Shown in pieces: positions 9,465 through 18,758 of a stretch of DNA of 64,000 bases; within the stretch, counting starts at the first letter, position 1, and each line of letters starts with the position of its first letter. Position numbers and translations under genes: made by a program. The notes below the pieces were generated by a model that was not told the DNA's origin, did no database searches, and saw only the letters and a list, made by a program, of their open reading frames with translations. The stretch spans positions 586,178-650,177 of the forward strand of contig CAVXRK010000004.1 in NCBI GenBank assembly GCA_963764025.1. Direction: 5' to 3'. This DNA comes from an uncultured Acidobacteriota bacterium. GTDB taxonomy: Bacteria > Acidobacteriota > Thermoanaerobaculia > UBA5066 > Gp7-AA6.

Positions 9465-10364
9465 ATGGCCTCCGTCCTCGTCATCGGCGCGGGCACGATG
9501 GGCCGCGGGATCGCCGGGGCATGCGCCCTCGCGGGCCACGACACGCGGGTCTTCGACGCCGATCCCGACGCGCAGCGCGCCGTGCGCGGTCACGTGGAAT
9601 CGGCCTGGAGCCGCGCCGTCGACAAAGGCAAGCTGACGGCCGCCGCGGCGGAGGGAGCCCGCCACCGGCTGCGCATCATCGAGCGGCTGAAGGACGCGAC
9701 GGAGGTCGACATCGCGATCGAAGCCGTGCCCGAGGCGCTCGACCTCAAGCAGATGCTCTTCTCGGAGCTCGACGACCTTTGTCCGCCCCGCACGATTCTC
9801 GCCTCCAACACCTCCTCGCTCTCGATCACCCGCATCGGGAAGGCCACGGGCCGCCGCGACCGGGTCATCGGGATCCACTTCTTCAACCCGGTCGCCGCGA
9901 TGCCGCTCGTCGAGATCGTCCTGGGTCACGATACCTCGGCCGAGACCGAGAGCCGGGCGCTCGAGCTCGTCCGCTCGCTCGGCAAGGAGGCGGTCCGCGT
10001 CCGCGACTCCCCCGGCTTCGCCACGTCGCGCCTGGGCGTCGCGCTGGGCCTCGAGGCGATGCGGATGGTCGAGGAGGGGATCGCGAGCGCCGAAGACATC
10101 GACCGCGCCCTCGAGCTCGGCTACGGCCACCGGATGGGCCCTCTCAAGACGACCGACCTCGTCGGCCTCGACGTGCGGCTGGCGATCGCCGAGACGCTCG
10201 CCGCGGAGCTGCCCTCGGACCGGTTCGCGCCTCCGGAGATCCTCCGCACCCTCGTGGCCGAGGGGAAGATCGGCCGGAAGTCCGGCGAGGGCTTCTACCG
10301 CTGGGAGGGCGACAAGGCCGTCGGCCCCGGCGCCCGGGCGGCCGGGCTCGCGAAGAAGCGATGA
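9465..10364 (+). CDS. 3-hydroxyacyl-CoA (3-hydroxybutyryl-CoA) dehydrogenase
   Basis: MASVLVIGAGTMGRGIAGACALAGHDTRVFD...ILASNTSSLSIT...IGIHFFNPVAAMPLVEIV..GF.TSRL. TATAAT lies 9 nt upstream of the ATG. Confidence 0.85.
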   Translation: MASVLVIGAGTMGRGIAGACALAGHDTRVFDADPDAQRAVRGHVESAWSRAVDKGKLTAAAAEGARHRLRIIERLKDATEVDIAIEAVPEALDLKQMLFSELDDLCPPRTILASNTSSLSITRIGKATGRRDRVIGIHFFNPVAAMPLVEIVLGHDTSAETESRALELVRSLGKEAVRVRDSPGFATSRLGVALGLEAMRMVEEGIASAEDIDRALELGYGHRMGPLKTTDLVGLDVRLAIAETLAAELPSDRFAPPEILRTLVAEGKIGRKSGEGFYRWEGDKAVGPGARAAGLAKKR

Positions 10365-10921
10365 ACACCACGGACCGCCGGGGCCTGAATCTCGGGATCG
10401 CGCTGATGGCGCTGGGCGTCTTCTTCCTGGTGCGCCGCGAGCTGCACCTGACCGGGCCGGGCCCGATCCTGCTTCTGATCGGGACGGTGCTCTTCGCGAT
10501 CTCGGCGCTGCGCGGCTTCCGGGGGCCGGTGGTGGCGGCGGGGGTGCTCCTCGGACTGGGAACGGGATTTCTCCTCCGGGACCCGCTCGAGCCCTGGATG
10601 CCGTCGTGGGCGACGCTCCTCGCCTTTCTCGGGGGCGGCCTGCTCCTGGCCGCGGCCGTCGACCGCTACGCCGGCCGGGAGAGGCGGCCGTCCACGCTCG
10701 TCCCCGGCCTCGTGCTCGTCGCGATCGCGGCGCTGACCGCGGCGAGCCGGAACATCGACCTGCCCGAACGCCTCTTCGAGGTCGCGTGGAGGCTCTGGCC
10801 GTGGGCGCTCGTGGGTGCGGGAGTGCTCCTCGTCGTCCAGGGGATGCGGGGGCGCAAGTGGGCGCTTGTGGGTGCGGGAGTGTCCTCGTCGTCCAGGGGA
10901 TGCGGGGGCGCGAGAACGTAG
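10361..10921 (+). CDS. Hypothetical polytopic membrane protein whose 3' end carries a 57-bp tandem duplication
   Basis: ATGA overlap with the upstream gene. MNTTDRRGLNLGIALMALGVFFLV... The last about 115 nt are two near-identical 57-nt units; the second has a 1-nt deletion that shifts frame into ...SSSSRGCGGART. Confidence 0.55.
   Translation: MNTTDRRGLNLGIALMALGVFFLVRRELHLTGPGPILLLIGTVLFAISALRGFRGPVVAAGVLLGLGTGFLLRDPLEPWMPSWATLLAFLGGGLLLAAAVDRYAGRERRPSTLVPGLVLVAIAALTAASRNIDLPERLFEVAWRLWPWALVGAGVLLVVQGMRGRKWALVGAGVSSSSRGCGGART
10802..10915. repeat. 57-bp direct tandem duplication (2 copies, second with 1-bp deletion)
   Basis: tgggcgctcgtgggtgcgggagtgctcctcgtcgtccaggggatgcgggggcgc is followed by tgggcgcttgtgggtgcgggagtgtcctcgtcgtccaggggatgcgggggcgc. 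Confidence 0.85.
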
Positions 10922-10944
10922 CGCGGAAGGCGAATCTCAGAAAA

Positions 10945-11130
10945 AACCCTCTCCCCTGAGGGGAGAGGGAAGGGTGAGGGGTTCGAAGCAAGCGCCGTCC
11001 CGGATCATTTTCTTTCGCTAGACGCGTGGGGCGCCCCTCACCCCGACCCGATACCAGCGGCTGACGCCGCTGTTGCCTGACGCCGGGGGTTTGCCTCCGG
11101 TGGACGGCTCCCGCCGGGAGAGGGGGTAGG
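10945..11130 (-). repeat. Intergenic repeat element: hairpin CCCTCTCCCC..GGGGAGAGGG plus family-B 40-nt core; homologous to 60465-60650
   Basis: The reverse complement of 11036-11128 aligns to 60463-60555 (ccctctcccggcgggagccgtccaccagaggcagaccc.cggcg.taggcaaca..ggcgt.agccg.tggtatcgggtcgggg.gagggg). Confidence 0.7.
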
Positions 11131-11196
11131 TTAGAGGCTTCGGTTGCACCATCCGATGAAAGCGGCAGTCGCGAGAATCCGCAGTCAGTCCGCGGG

Positions 11197-11763
11197 TCAG
11201 TCCAGGTTCAGCACCCTCATCGCCTCTTTCGGCTTCTCCGCCGCCGCCGGCGGCGCGGCGCGGCGGGCGGCGAGCAGGCCCGCCGTCGCCACGAGCACCA
11301 GCGCGGCGGCGGCGATCTCGAGGGAGAAGAACCCCGTCGCCAGGCGGTGGTAGCGGTCGAGAAGGATGCGGGACGGGTCGGCCGCGGGCAGGCTGTCGAT
11401 CAGGCCCGGGGCCTCCTCGCGGATCCGGTCGATCGGCGGGATCAGGAGCTGCCGGATGACGAGCGCCGCGAAGAACCCGAGGACCGGCATCCGCGTCAGC
11501 AAGGCGCGCGTCGCCTTCGGAGCGTCGCGTCGGGTCAGCAGCCAGGACGTCACGAACAGGACGCCGAAGCTCGCCTCGGCGAGCACGCACATCTTCGCGA
11601 GGATCGGGCTCTGGACCGCCGCGGCGAGGTCGCGGGTCGGCAGGACGCGGAAGACCGAGGGCGCGATGACGGCCCCGAAGAAGACGGGCGGGGCGAGGGC
11701 GAGGGCGAGCGCCGCGAGGTGGACCGTGAGGACGAGCGTGTCGAGCCGGCCGTCGGTTCTCAA
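11197..11763 (-). CDS. 4-TM membrane protein (DUF4149/TMEM205-like, tentative)
   Basis: 188-aa ORF with four hydrophobic helices (LVLTVHLAALALALAPPVFFGAVIAP; ILAKMCVLAEASFGVLFV; MPVLGFFAALVIRQLL; FFSLEIAAAALVLVATAGLLA). Confidence 0.5.
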   Translation of the reverse strand: MRTDGRLDTLVLTVHLAALALALAPPVFFGAVIAPSVFRVLPTRDLAAAVQSPILAKMCVLAEASFGVLFVTSWLLTRRDAPKATRALLTRMPVLGFFAALVIRQLLIPPIDRIREEAPGLIDSLPAADPSRILLDRYHRLATGFFSLEIAAAALVLVATAGLLAARRAAPPAAAEKPKEAMRVLNLD

Positions 11764-11764
11764 A

Positions 11765-12607
11765 CTACGAGGCCCACTCGGCCCGCACCGCCGGGGTCAG
11801 GCCCGCGGCGTGCGCCCGATCGAGGAGGGTCTGGACCGCCGTGCGTCCCGCCTCGCCGTATCCCTGCGTCCAGGCGTTGACGTACATCCCGACGAACCGG
11901 TCGGCCTTCTCCCGCGGCAGGCCCCGCGCGTACTTCATGGCGTGATCGAGGGCCGCGCCGCGGTGCGCGAGGCCGTACTCGATCGAGCGGGAGAGGGCGC
12001 GTGAGATGCGGCCGATCCGCTCGGCGCCGAGATCCCGGCGGACGACGTTGCCCCCGAGGGGAAGCGGCAGCCCGGTCTCCTCCTTCCACCAGCGGCCGAG
12101 GTCGACGATTTCCGTCAGCCCCTCGTCGCGGAAGGTGAGCTGGCCCTCGTGGATCAGCAGGCCCGCCCGCTCCCCGCCCGACGCCACGGCCTCCTGGATC
12201 CGATCGAAGGAGAGCGGCCGCATGCGCACGCCCGGCGCCCAGAGCTGGAGAGCGAGCGCCGCGGTCGTCCAGGGGCCCGGCGACGCGACGACGACGTCGC
12301 CCGCGGCGATCGCCGCGCGCTCGATGGGCTCCCGCGCGACGACGACCGGCCCGTAACCGTCGCCGAACGACGCGCCGTGGGGAAGAAGGAGGTAGCGATC
12401 GGCAAGGCGCGTGTACGCGTGGAAGGACACGGCGGTGACGGCGAGCTCCCCCGCCATCGCGCGGCGGTTGAGCGACTCGATGTCGGAGAGCTCGTGCGTG
12501 AACGCGAGGCCCTCGGTGTCGACGCGCCCCTCGGCGAGGGCGTAGAACATGAACGCGTCGTCCGAGTCGGGGCTGTGCGCGACGGTGATGGTCTCGGCGG
12601 ATGTCAC
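11765..12607 (-). CDS. MqnA/MqnD-family protein (futalosine pathway of menaquinone biosynthesis; MqnD-like)
   Basis: ITVAHSPDSDDAFMFYALAEGRVDTEG... signature. 280 aa. Stop overlaps the start of the downstream membrane protein gene. Confidence 0.65.
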   Translation of the reverse strand: MTSAETITVAHSPDSDDAFMFYALAEGRVDTEGLAFTHELSDIESLNRRAMAGELAVTAVSFHAYTRLADRYLLLPHGASFGDGYGPVVVAREPIERAAIAAGDVVVASPGPWTTAALALQLWAPGVRMRPLSFDRIQEAVASGGERAGLLIHEGQLTFRDEGLTEIVDLGRWWKEETGLPLPLGGNVVRRDLGAERIGRISRALSRSIEYGLAHRGAALDHAMKYARGLPREKADRFVGMYVNAWTQGYGEAGRTAVQTLLDRAHAAGLTPAVRAEWAS

Positions 12608-12736
12608 GGTCGGATTCTAGTCGCAGCCGGCGGCGCGCGTGCGCGTCGAGGTCGGCGAGGGAGCCGATGCGAGGCCGCGTCGCGGGTCGCGGCGAGCCCC
12701 CCGTCGGGCTCGGGAGGCGCCGCGGACGTCGCGGCG

Positions 12737-12765
12737 ACTTGACTTGCGTCCCCGCGAACGCCACA
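12737..12765 (+). promoter_or_regulatory. Putative sigma70-like promoter (TTGACT-N17-CACAAT) for the small basic peptide transcript
   Basis: ttgact tgcgtccccgcgaacgc cacaat. Followed by an approximately 220-nt lower-GC leader containing a 10-bp GC stem (aaatcgccgg...ccggcgattt, about 12826-12861). Confidence 0.35.
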
Positions 12766-12991
12766 ATGAAGTCAAGAGCGATTGCAAGGAAAAATCTTGT
12801 ACCAATGCGAGGGATGCTTCTAAAATCAAATCGCCGGCTGGGTTGCGGCCCAACCGGCGATTTTGACGAGCGTATGACCCATCAATCATTCGGCAGCGAC
12901 AGACTGAAGGCGATACGCCCTTTGACGGGGGCGGAAAAACTAGCATCTCGCCCGAAGGCTGTCAATTGGCTGTCGGGAGGGAGGTGACGTA

Positions 12992-13051
12992 ATGGCGACG
13001 AAGAAGAAGGCTGCGAAGAAAGCGAAGAAGACCACCAAGAAGAAGAAGTAA
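12992..13051 (+). CDS. Small lysine-rich basic peptide (19 aa, MATKKKAAKKAKKTTKKKK)
   Basis: Strong SD gggagggagg 6 nt upstream of the ATG. Immediately followed by an intrinsic terminator. Confidence 0.5.
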   Translation: MATKKKAAKKAKKTTKKKK

Positions 13052-13080
13052 GTCAACGACTTACGCTTCGAACACGGTTT

Positions 13081-13109
13081 CTCGGGGGCCCGCGGGCCCC
13101 CTTTTTTTT
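13081..13109 (+). terminator. Rho-independent terminator
   Basis: gggggcccgcgggccccc followed by a T-run (tttttttt). Confidence 0.8.
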
Positions 13110-13160
13110 CGCCTTGATTTTCCCCGCGAGAGGACACACTCCGGCCGAAACCCGCGCCAG

Positions 13161-13182
13161 ACTATATCTATCTTGATATAGT
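13161..13182. promoter_or_regulatory. Palindromic putative PadR operator (ACTATATC-N6-GATATAGT) overlapping a -10-like TATAGT
   Basis: actatatctatcttgatatagt sits immediately upstream of the PadR GTG start. Confidence 0.4.
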
Positions 13183-13187
13183 TGGCC

Positions 13188-13763
13188 GTGTCCCTTCCCC
13201 ACCTCCTCCTCGGCTTGCTCCAGGCCGAGCCGCGCACCGGCTACGATCTGGCGCGCGCGGTCCGGGACGAGATCGAGCCGGCGTGGAGTGCGGGCTACTC
13301 CCAGATCTACCCCGCCCTGGCGACGCTGCGCCGCCGCGGATGGGTGCTCCTCCGGACGCTCGGCCCCCGCCGCGGCCCCCCGAGGCTCCTCTACCGGGCG
13401 ACCGCCGCGGGCCGGCGGGAGCTCCAGCGTTGGCTCGGGGATCCGCCCCCTCCTCCCCGCCGCAACGACGCCATCCTCGCCCGGATCGCGCTCCTCGACG
13501 CCCTGCCCCCCGCCGCCCGCGCCGGCATCCTGTCGGGACTCGCGTCGGTGCTCGAGGCCGAGGCCGCCCGGCTCGACGCGCTCGGCGCCGGCGAGGGGTC
13601 GCGCCGCCTGGCCCGGAAGGCGGCCGCGGCGGAGCGACGGGCCCTCGCGCTCTTTCTCGAAGGCGCGGCGGTTCCGGCCCCCGCCCTCCGCCGTTCGGCG
13701 CGCTCCCGCCCCGTCTCGCCGCAAAGTTCTCCCCGAGCCCGCCGTCGGAAGTATCATCGGTAG
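13188..13763 (+). CDS. PadR-family transcriptional regulator
   Basis: (GTG)SLPHLLLGLLQAEPRTGYDLARAVRDEIEPAWSAGYSQIYPALATLRRRGWV..., PadR winged-helix signature. Confidence 0.7.
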   Translation: MSLPHLLLGLLQAEPRTGYDLARAVRDEIEPAWSAGYSQIYPALATLRRRGWVLLRTLGPRRGPPRLLYRATAAGRRELQRWLGDPPPPPRRNDAILARIALLDALPPAARAGILSGLASVLEAEAARLDALGAGEGSRRLARKAAAAERRALALFLEGAAVPAPALRRSARSRPVSPQSSPRARRRKYHR

Positions 13764-13779
13764 CCCGAGGGGAGGAGCC

Positions 13780-14487
13780 ATGAGCGAAGAGCCGAAGGGC
13801 GGCTTCACGCGTCGAGACCTCGTCCGAGGCACACTCGTCGGAGCGATCGCCGCCGGAGCACCCGTCAAGCTGCGCGCGGCCGAGACCGGGACCGTCGGGC
13901 CCGGGCCCGCGCCGCTCGAGCTCAAGGTCAACGGCGAGGTCCACCAGCTCTCCGTCGAGCCCCGCGTCACGCTCGTCGACGCGCTGCGCGACCGGATCGG
14001 CCTGACCGGCACGAAGTCGGTCTGCGGGCGCGGCGCCTGCGGCGCCTGCACGGTGCTGCTCGACGGGATGGCCGTCTGCTCCTGCCTGACGCTCGCGCAC
14101 GAGGCGGCCGGGCGGTCGATCACGACGATCGAGGGTCTCTCCGCGAACGGCGCGCTGTCTTCCCTGCAGGAGGCCTTCGTCGCGGCCGACGCCCTGCAAT
14201 GCGGCTTCTGCACCTCCGGCATGGTCCTCTCCTGCAAGGTCCTGCTGGACCACAACCCCAAACCCTCCCGCGCCGAGATCCGCGCGGCCGTGGCCGGCAA
14301 TCTCTGCCGCTGCGGAACCTACCCGCACGTCTTCGACGCGGTCGAGCGCGCGGCGGGCTTGAAGACGGCGGCGGCCGACACGGCGCGGCCGGCGACCTCC
14401 ACGCTCGAGACCCCGGGGCGGGGATTCCACGACGACTCCCGCGTCGCGCTCGCGACCGCGGAAGCCCTCGAGTCCGAGGAGGCCTGA
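13780..14487 (+). CDS. Xanthine dehydrogenase-family [2Fe-2S] small subunit with Tat signal (PaoA/CoxS-like)
   Basis: SD gaggggagga. MSEEPKGGFTRRDLVRGTLVGAIAAGAPV (twin-arginine motif), then ..CGRGACGACTV..C.C... and ..QCGFCTSGMV..CRCGTY. Confidence 0.85.
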   Translation: MSEEPKGGFTRRDLVRGTLVGAIAAGAPVKLRAAETGTVGPGPAPLELKVNGEVHQLSVEPRVTLVDALRDRIGLTGTKSVCGRGACGACTVLLDGMAVCSCLTLAHEAAGRSITTIEGLSANGALSSLQEAFVAADALQCGFCTSGMVLSCKVLLDHNPKPSRAEIRAAVAGNLCRCGTYPHVFDAVERAAGLKTAAADTARPATSTLETPGRGFHDDSRVALATAEALESEEA

Positions 14488-14488
14488 C

Positions 14489-16786
14489 ATGACCGAGAAA
14501 CTTCGCGTCGGCTTCAACGGAGAGTTTCAGACCAAGGACGTCACGGTCTCGGCGGACGATCCCGCGCCCTGGGACCCCTCGACGAAGCTGGCGATCGTCG
14601 GAACGCGCGTTCCGCGTCTCGACGGCCCGGCCAAGGCGACCGGGGAGGCGCGCTACTCGATCGACGTCCGCCTTCCCGGACTCCTTTATGCCCGGATCCT
14701 GCGGAGCCCCTGGGCCGCCGCCACGGTCAAGTCGATCGACCTCGCCCCCGCGCTGAAGCTGCCGGGCGTCCGAGCCGCGGTCGCGCTCGCCGAGCCGGGC
14801 GAGAAGGTCCGCTTCGCGGGCCAGGAGGTCGCCGCCGTCGCCGCCGACACCCCGGAGAGGGTCGGCGACGCCCTCGCGGCGATCGTCGTGGCCTACGAGC
14901 AGCGCCCCTTCGTCGTCGGCATCGAGGCCGCATCGAAGCCCGGGGCGCCCCTCGTCTTCGAGGGCCAGGCGCAGCAACGGACCTCGGCCGGGGAGGTCGA
15001 GGAGCGCAAGTCGGGACTCCCGCGCAAGGGCAACGTCATGGGCCCCCGCCAGAGCGGCAAGGGCAGCGTCGAGGCGGGCTTCCGGCAGGCCGACGCCGTC
15101 GTCGAAGCCACCTACGTCACGCAGGTCCAGCTTCACACCGCGCTCGAGACCCACGGGCTCGTGGCGTACTGGGACGGCGGGGACCTCAAAGTCTGGGCCT
15201 CGACCCAGGGCATCTTCTCGGTCCGCGACGAGCTCGCCGAGGCCTTGAAGATCCCGGCCTCGCGCATCCAGGTCGTCACCGAGTACATGGGAGGCGGCTT
15301 CGGCGCCAAGTTCGGCGCCCGCATCGAGGGCGTCGCGGCCGCGAAGCTGGCGAAGCAGGCCGGCGCCCCGGTCAAGCTCTTCCTCGACCGCAAGGAGGAG
15401 CAGCTCGCGACGGGCAATCGCCCCTCCTCGATCCAGTGGATCAAGGCCGGCGCCACGAAGGACGGGAAGCTGACGGCAATGCATCTGATCGCCCGGGGCA
15501 CCGGCGGCACCAACGGGGGCACCGGCACCTCGGGACCGATCAAGAACGTCTACGCCTGCGAAAACCTCAAGGTCGAGGAGTACGACGTCTTCACCAACGC
15601 CGGACCGTCGGCCGCGATGCGGGCGCCCGGCCACCCGCAGGGCGCCTTCGCGCTCGAAGCGACGATGGACGAGCTCGCGGCGAAGCTCGGCATGGACCCC
15701 CTCGAGTTCCGGCTGAAGAACGACCCGTCGGAGGTCCGGCGGGAGGAGTTCCGGATCGGCGCCGAGAAGATCGGCTGGAAGACCCGCGACGCCCGCCGCA
15801 AGACGGACGACCCCGCGATCCGGCGAGGCGTCGGCGTCGGGGCCGCCGTCTGGTACGACACCGGCGGCACCGGACCGCGCGCGACCGTCGCGATCAACCG
15901 GGACGGCTCCGCGGAGGTCGAGCACGGCGTCCAGGACCTCGGCACGGGCTCGCGCACGATGGTCGCGATGGTCGCGGCCGAAGAGCTCGGCCTGCCGCTC
16001 GAGAAGATCTCCGTGCGCATCGGCAACACCCGGATGCCTTTCGGGCCCGCGTCGGGCGGATCGACGACGACGCCCTCGAGCGCGCCCACCATCCGGCGGG
16101 CGGCCTGGCAGGCCAAGCAGAAGATGGCCGCAGCCGTCGCGAAGGAGTGGAAGGTGCCCGCCGCCTCGGTCTCGATCGAGCGGGGCGCCGTCACGGCCTC
16201 GGGCGAGCCGGCGAAGAAGGCGAGCTGGGAGGAGGCCTGCAAGCTCCTGCCCGAGGAAGGCGTCTCCGCCACCGCCGACCGGGCGGAGAACAACGAGGGC
16301 GCCTGGAAGCGGTTCATTTGCGGCGCCCAGTTCGCGGAGGTCCTCGTCGACACGGAAACCGGCAAGGTCACCGTCGAGAAGGTCGTTGCCGTGCACGACT
16401 GCGGCCTCGCGATCAACACGCTGACGACCGAGAGCCAGATCCAGGGCGGCGTCATCCAGGGCCTCTCGTATGCCCTGTTCGAGAACCGGGTGCTCGACCG
16501 CGGAAGCGGCCGCGTGCTCAATCCCAACGTCGAGGAGTACAAGATCGCCGGCGCGCTCGATTGCCCCGAGATCGAGACGGTCATCCTCCCGGTCTGGGCC
16601 GGAGTCAACAACACCCAGTCGACGGGGATCGGCGAGCCCGCGACGGTGCCGACGGCGGCGGCCATCGCCAACGCCGTCTCGCACGCCATCGGCGTTCGGA
16701 TCACGAAGCTCCCGATCACGCCGGAGGTCGTTCTCGCCGCCGTGGACACGGCCGCGAAGACGAAGGCGAAAGGGGGTCGCGCATGA
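14489..16786 (+). CDS. Xanthine dehydrogenase-family molybdopterin-binding large subunit (aldehyde oxidoreductase-like)
   Basis: 765 aa. MTEKLRVGFNGEF...VGTRVPRLDGPAKATGEARYSIDVRLPGLLYARILRSPWAAA... ...GGGFG.K... motifs. Confidence 0.85.
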   Translation: MTEKLRVGFNGEFQTKDVTVSADDPAPWDPSTKLAIVGTRVPRLDGPAKATGEARYSIDVRLPGLLYARILRSPWAAATVKSIDLAPALKLPGVRAAVALAEPGEKVRFAGQEVAAVAADTPERVGDALAAIVVAYEQRPFVVGIEAASKPGAPLVFEGQAQQRTSAGEVEERKSGLPRKGNVMGPRQSGKGSVEAGFRQADAVVEATYVTQVQLHTALETHGLVAYWDGGDLKVWASTQGIFSVRDELAEALKIPASRIQVVTEYMGGGFGAKFGARIEGVAAAKLAKQAGAPVKLFLDRKEEQLATGNRPSSIQWIKAGATKDGKLTAMHLIARGTGGTNGGTGTSGPIKNVYACENLKVEEYDVFTNAGPSAAMRAPGHPQGAFALEATMDELAAKLGMDPLEFRLKNDPSEVRREEFRIGAEKIGWKTRDARRKTDDPAIRRGVGVGAAVWYDTGGTGPRATVAINRDGSAEVEHGVQDLGTGSRTMVAMVAAEELGLPLEKISVRIGNTRMPFGPASGGSTTTPSSAPTIRRAAWQAKQKMAAAVAKEWKVPAASVSIERGAVTASGEPAKKASWEEACKLLPEEGVSATADRAENNEGAWKRFICGAQFAEVLVDTETGKVTVEKVVAVHDCGLAINTLTTESQIQGGVIQGLSYALFENRVLDRGSGRVLNPNVEEYKIAGALDCPEIETVILPVWAGVNNTQSTGIGEPATVPTAAAIANAVSHAIGVRITKLPITPEVVLAAVDTAAKTKAKGGRA

Positions 16787-17754
16787 AGCCATTCACGCTG
16801 GTCCACGCGAAGTCGCTCGCCGAGGCCTCCCGAGCCGCCGAAAAGCCGGACGCCGAGCTGAAGGCCGGAGGGGTCGACCTGCTCGATCGGATGAAGGAGG
16901 GCTGCGACAGCCCGAGCACAGTGGTCTCGATCGCGGGGGTGTCGGGCCTCGACCGGATCGAGGCAGGCCCGCCCGGGAAGATCGGCGCCCTGGCGACGCT
17001 CGCGAAGATCGCCGCCGACCCGGGGCTCCGGAAGCACTACCCCGCCCTCGCGGCGGCGGCGGACGGGGCGGCGACGCCGCAGATCCGGAACATGGCGACC
17101 CTCGGCGGCAACCTCTGCCAGCGGCCGCGCTGCTGGTACTACCGCCTGGAGGAGTTCGACTGCCGCAAGAAGGGCGGCAACGACTGCTTCGCCCGCGACG
17201 GCGAGAACCGCTTCCACGCGATCTTCGACTCGAACCTCACCTGCTGCTGCGTCCACCCCTCGGCCACGGGCGCCGCCCTCTCCGCCTATGGCGCGAGCCT
17301 CGAAGTCGTGTCGTCGAAGGGACGGCGGATGCTTCCGATGGACAAGTTCTTCTTCCGGCCGGTCGACGACGCGACGCACGAGAACACCCTGTCGGCCGGT
17401 GAGATCGTCGAGACGGTCGTGCTGCCGGCGCCGGCGGAAGGCGCCCGCTCCGTCTACCGGAAGCTCAAGGAGAAGGAGTCGTTCGACTGGCCGATCGTCG
17501 AGGTCTGCGTGGCGTTGACGATGTCGGGGGGCACGATCCGCAACCCGCGCGTCGTGTTCGGCTCGGTGGCCCCGACCCCGTACCGCTCCCCCGAAGCCGA
17601 GGCGGTCTTGAACGGCGCGAAGCCGGGCCCCGAGATCGCCCGCAAGGCGGCCGAGGCCGCGGTCGCATCGGCGAAGCCGCTGTCCCAGAACGCGTACAAG
17701 GTCCGCCTCGCGAAAGTCGAGCTCGAGCGGGCGCTCAAGGAGGTCTTCGCCTGA
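16783..17754 (+). CDS. Xanthine dehydrogenase-family FAD-binding medium subunit (CoxM/PaoB-like)
   Basis: ATGA overlap with the upstream gene. MKPFTLVHAKSLAEA...AGGVDLLDRMKEG...LATLGGNLCQRPRCWYYR. Confidence 0.8.
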   Translation: MKPFTLVHAKSLAEASRAAEKPDAELKAGGVDLLDRMKEGCDSPSTVVSIAGVSGLDRIEAGPPGKIGALATLAKIAADPGLRKHYPALAAAADGAATPQIRNMATLGGNLCQRPRCWYYRLEEFDCRKKGGNDCFARDGENRFHAIFDSNLTCCCVHPSATGAALSAYGASLEVVSSKGRRMLPMDKFFFRPVDDATHENTLSAGEIVETVVLPAPAEGARSVYRKLKEKESFDWPIVEVCVALTMSGGTIRNPRVVFGSVAPTPYRSPEAEAVLNGAKPGPEIARKAAEAAVASAKPLSQNAYKVRLAKVELERALKEVFA

Positions 17755-17774
17755 CCGACGACCCTCTCGGGCCG

Positions 17775-18242
17775 ATGCGGCGCTTCGTCCGGAAGGGCGA
17801 GGCGCCGATCGAGCCCGACGCCCTTCTCTGCCGCCACCTGCGGACCAAGACCTGGTTCTCCCCCGACGCCTTCGGCGAGGGGGATCCGCGCCAGTCGCCG
17901 TCGACGGCCCAGTACTGGTGCCTCCGGACGATGCGCCCCAGCGGGCCCGACGGCGATCTCGCCCTGCCCGAGGAGTGCACGGACGAGCGCGTCTGCTTCG
18001 AGCCGCTCATCGCAAAGGGCGGGGACTCGAGCCGAAAAAGCCGGGGGTCAGGTCTGGAATTTTCGGTTGGGCATGGGGAAGGTCATGTTCGGCCGTCCGG
18101 GTGCAGGTCCCGATCCGAAAAATCGAGACCTGACCCTATCTCTTCTTCAGGTCCATCAGGACCTGGCGCGCCACGGCTTTCAGCGTGTCGAACACCCCGG
18201 CGCCGGTCGTCGCGACGGCCTCGAAGGTCGGCTCGCGCTTGA
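17775..18242 (+). CDS. Hypothetical Cys-rich small protein; ORF reads through a MITE-like element
   Basis: [79 protein letters not shown] with strong GC3 bias. No stop until 18242 because the repeat at 18044-18136 is in frame. Confidence 0.3.
   Translation: MRRFVRKGEAPIEPDALLCRHLRTKTWFSPDAFGEGDPRQSPSTAQYWCLRTMRPSGPDGDLALPEECTDERVCFEPLIAKGGDSSRKSRGSGLEFSVGHGEGHVRPSGCRSRSEKSRPDPISSSGPSGPGAPRLSACRTPRRRSSRRPRRSARA
18044..18136. repeat. MITE-like hairpin element, repeat family A
   Basis: gggggtcaggtctggaattttcggttggg ... cccgatccgaaaaatcgagacctgaccc (inverted arms). Confidence 0.7.
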
Positions 18243-18720
18243 TGTTCAGCCGCCGGTACATCTCGTCGGCCGCCATCGAGGTCGGCAGGTCCCGCTTGTT
18301 GAACTGCAGCACGTACGGCACGTTGCCGATGTCGTAGCCCTGGTCCTTGAGGTTCTTGTCGAGGTTGCGGATCGATTCGATGTTGGCCTCGAGGCGCGCC
18401 TCCTGCGAATCCGCCACGAAAACGACGCCGTCGACGCCCTTCAGGATCAGCTTGCGCGAGGCGTCGTAGAAGACCTGGCCGGGCACGGTGTAGAGGTGGA
18501 ACCGGGTCTTGAAGCCCTTGACCGTGCCGAGGTCGAGCGGCAGGAAGTCGAAGAAGAGCGTCCGGTCCGTCTCGGTCGCGAGCGAGATCAGCTTTCCCTT
18601 GGCGGACGGGTTCGTCCGGTCGTAGATGTACTGGAGGTTCGTCGTCTTCCCGCAGAGGCCGGGCCCGTAGTAGACGATCTTGCAGTTGATCTCCCGGGCC
18701 GCGTAATTGATGAAAGTCAT
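18136..18720 (-). CDS. mglA: Ras-like small GTPase MglA
   Basis: [33 protein letters not shown]...[11 protein letters not shown]...[15 protein letters not shown]...LQFNKRDLP. Confidence 0.9.
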   Translation of the reverse strand: MTFINYAAREINCKIVYYGPGLCGKTTNLQYIYDRTNPSAKGKLISLATETDRTLFFDFLPLDLGTVKGFKTRFHLYTVPGQVFYDASRKLILKGVDGVVFVADSQEARLEANIESIRNLDKNLKDQGYDIGNVPYVLQFNKRDLPTSMAADEMYRRLNIKREPTFEAVATTGAGVFDTLKAVARQVLMDLKKR

Positions 18721-18758
18721 GAGGGTGCCTTCGCCCGCCGATCCCGACCGTCCGCCGC

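Noticed and set aside
12992-13109. Lysine-codon leader peptide forming a transcription attenuator
   Set aside because: The downstream genes (PadR, molybdo-oxidoreductase) are unrelated to lysine metabolism. The strong SD and stand-alone terminator fit an independent small gene better, though the function is unresolved.
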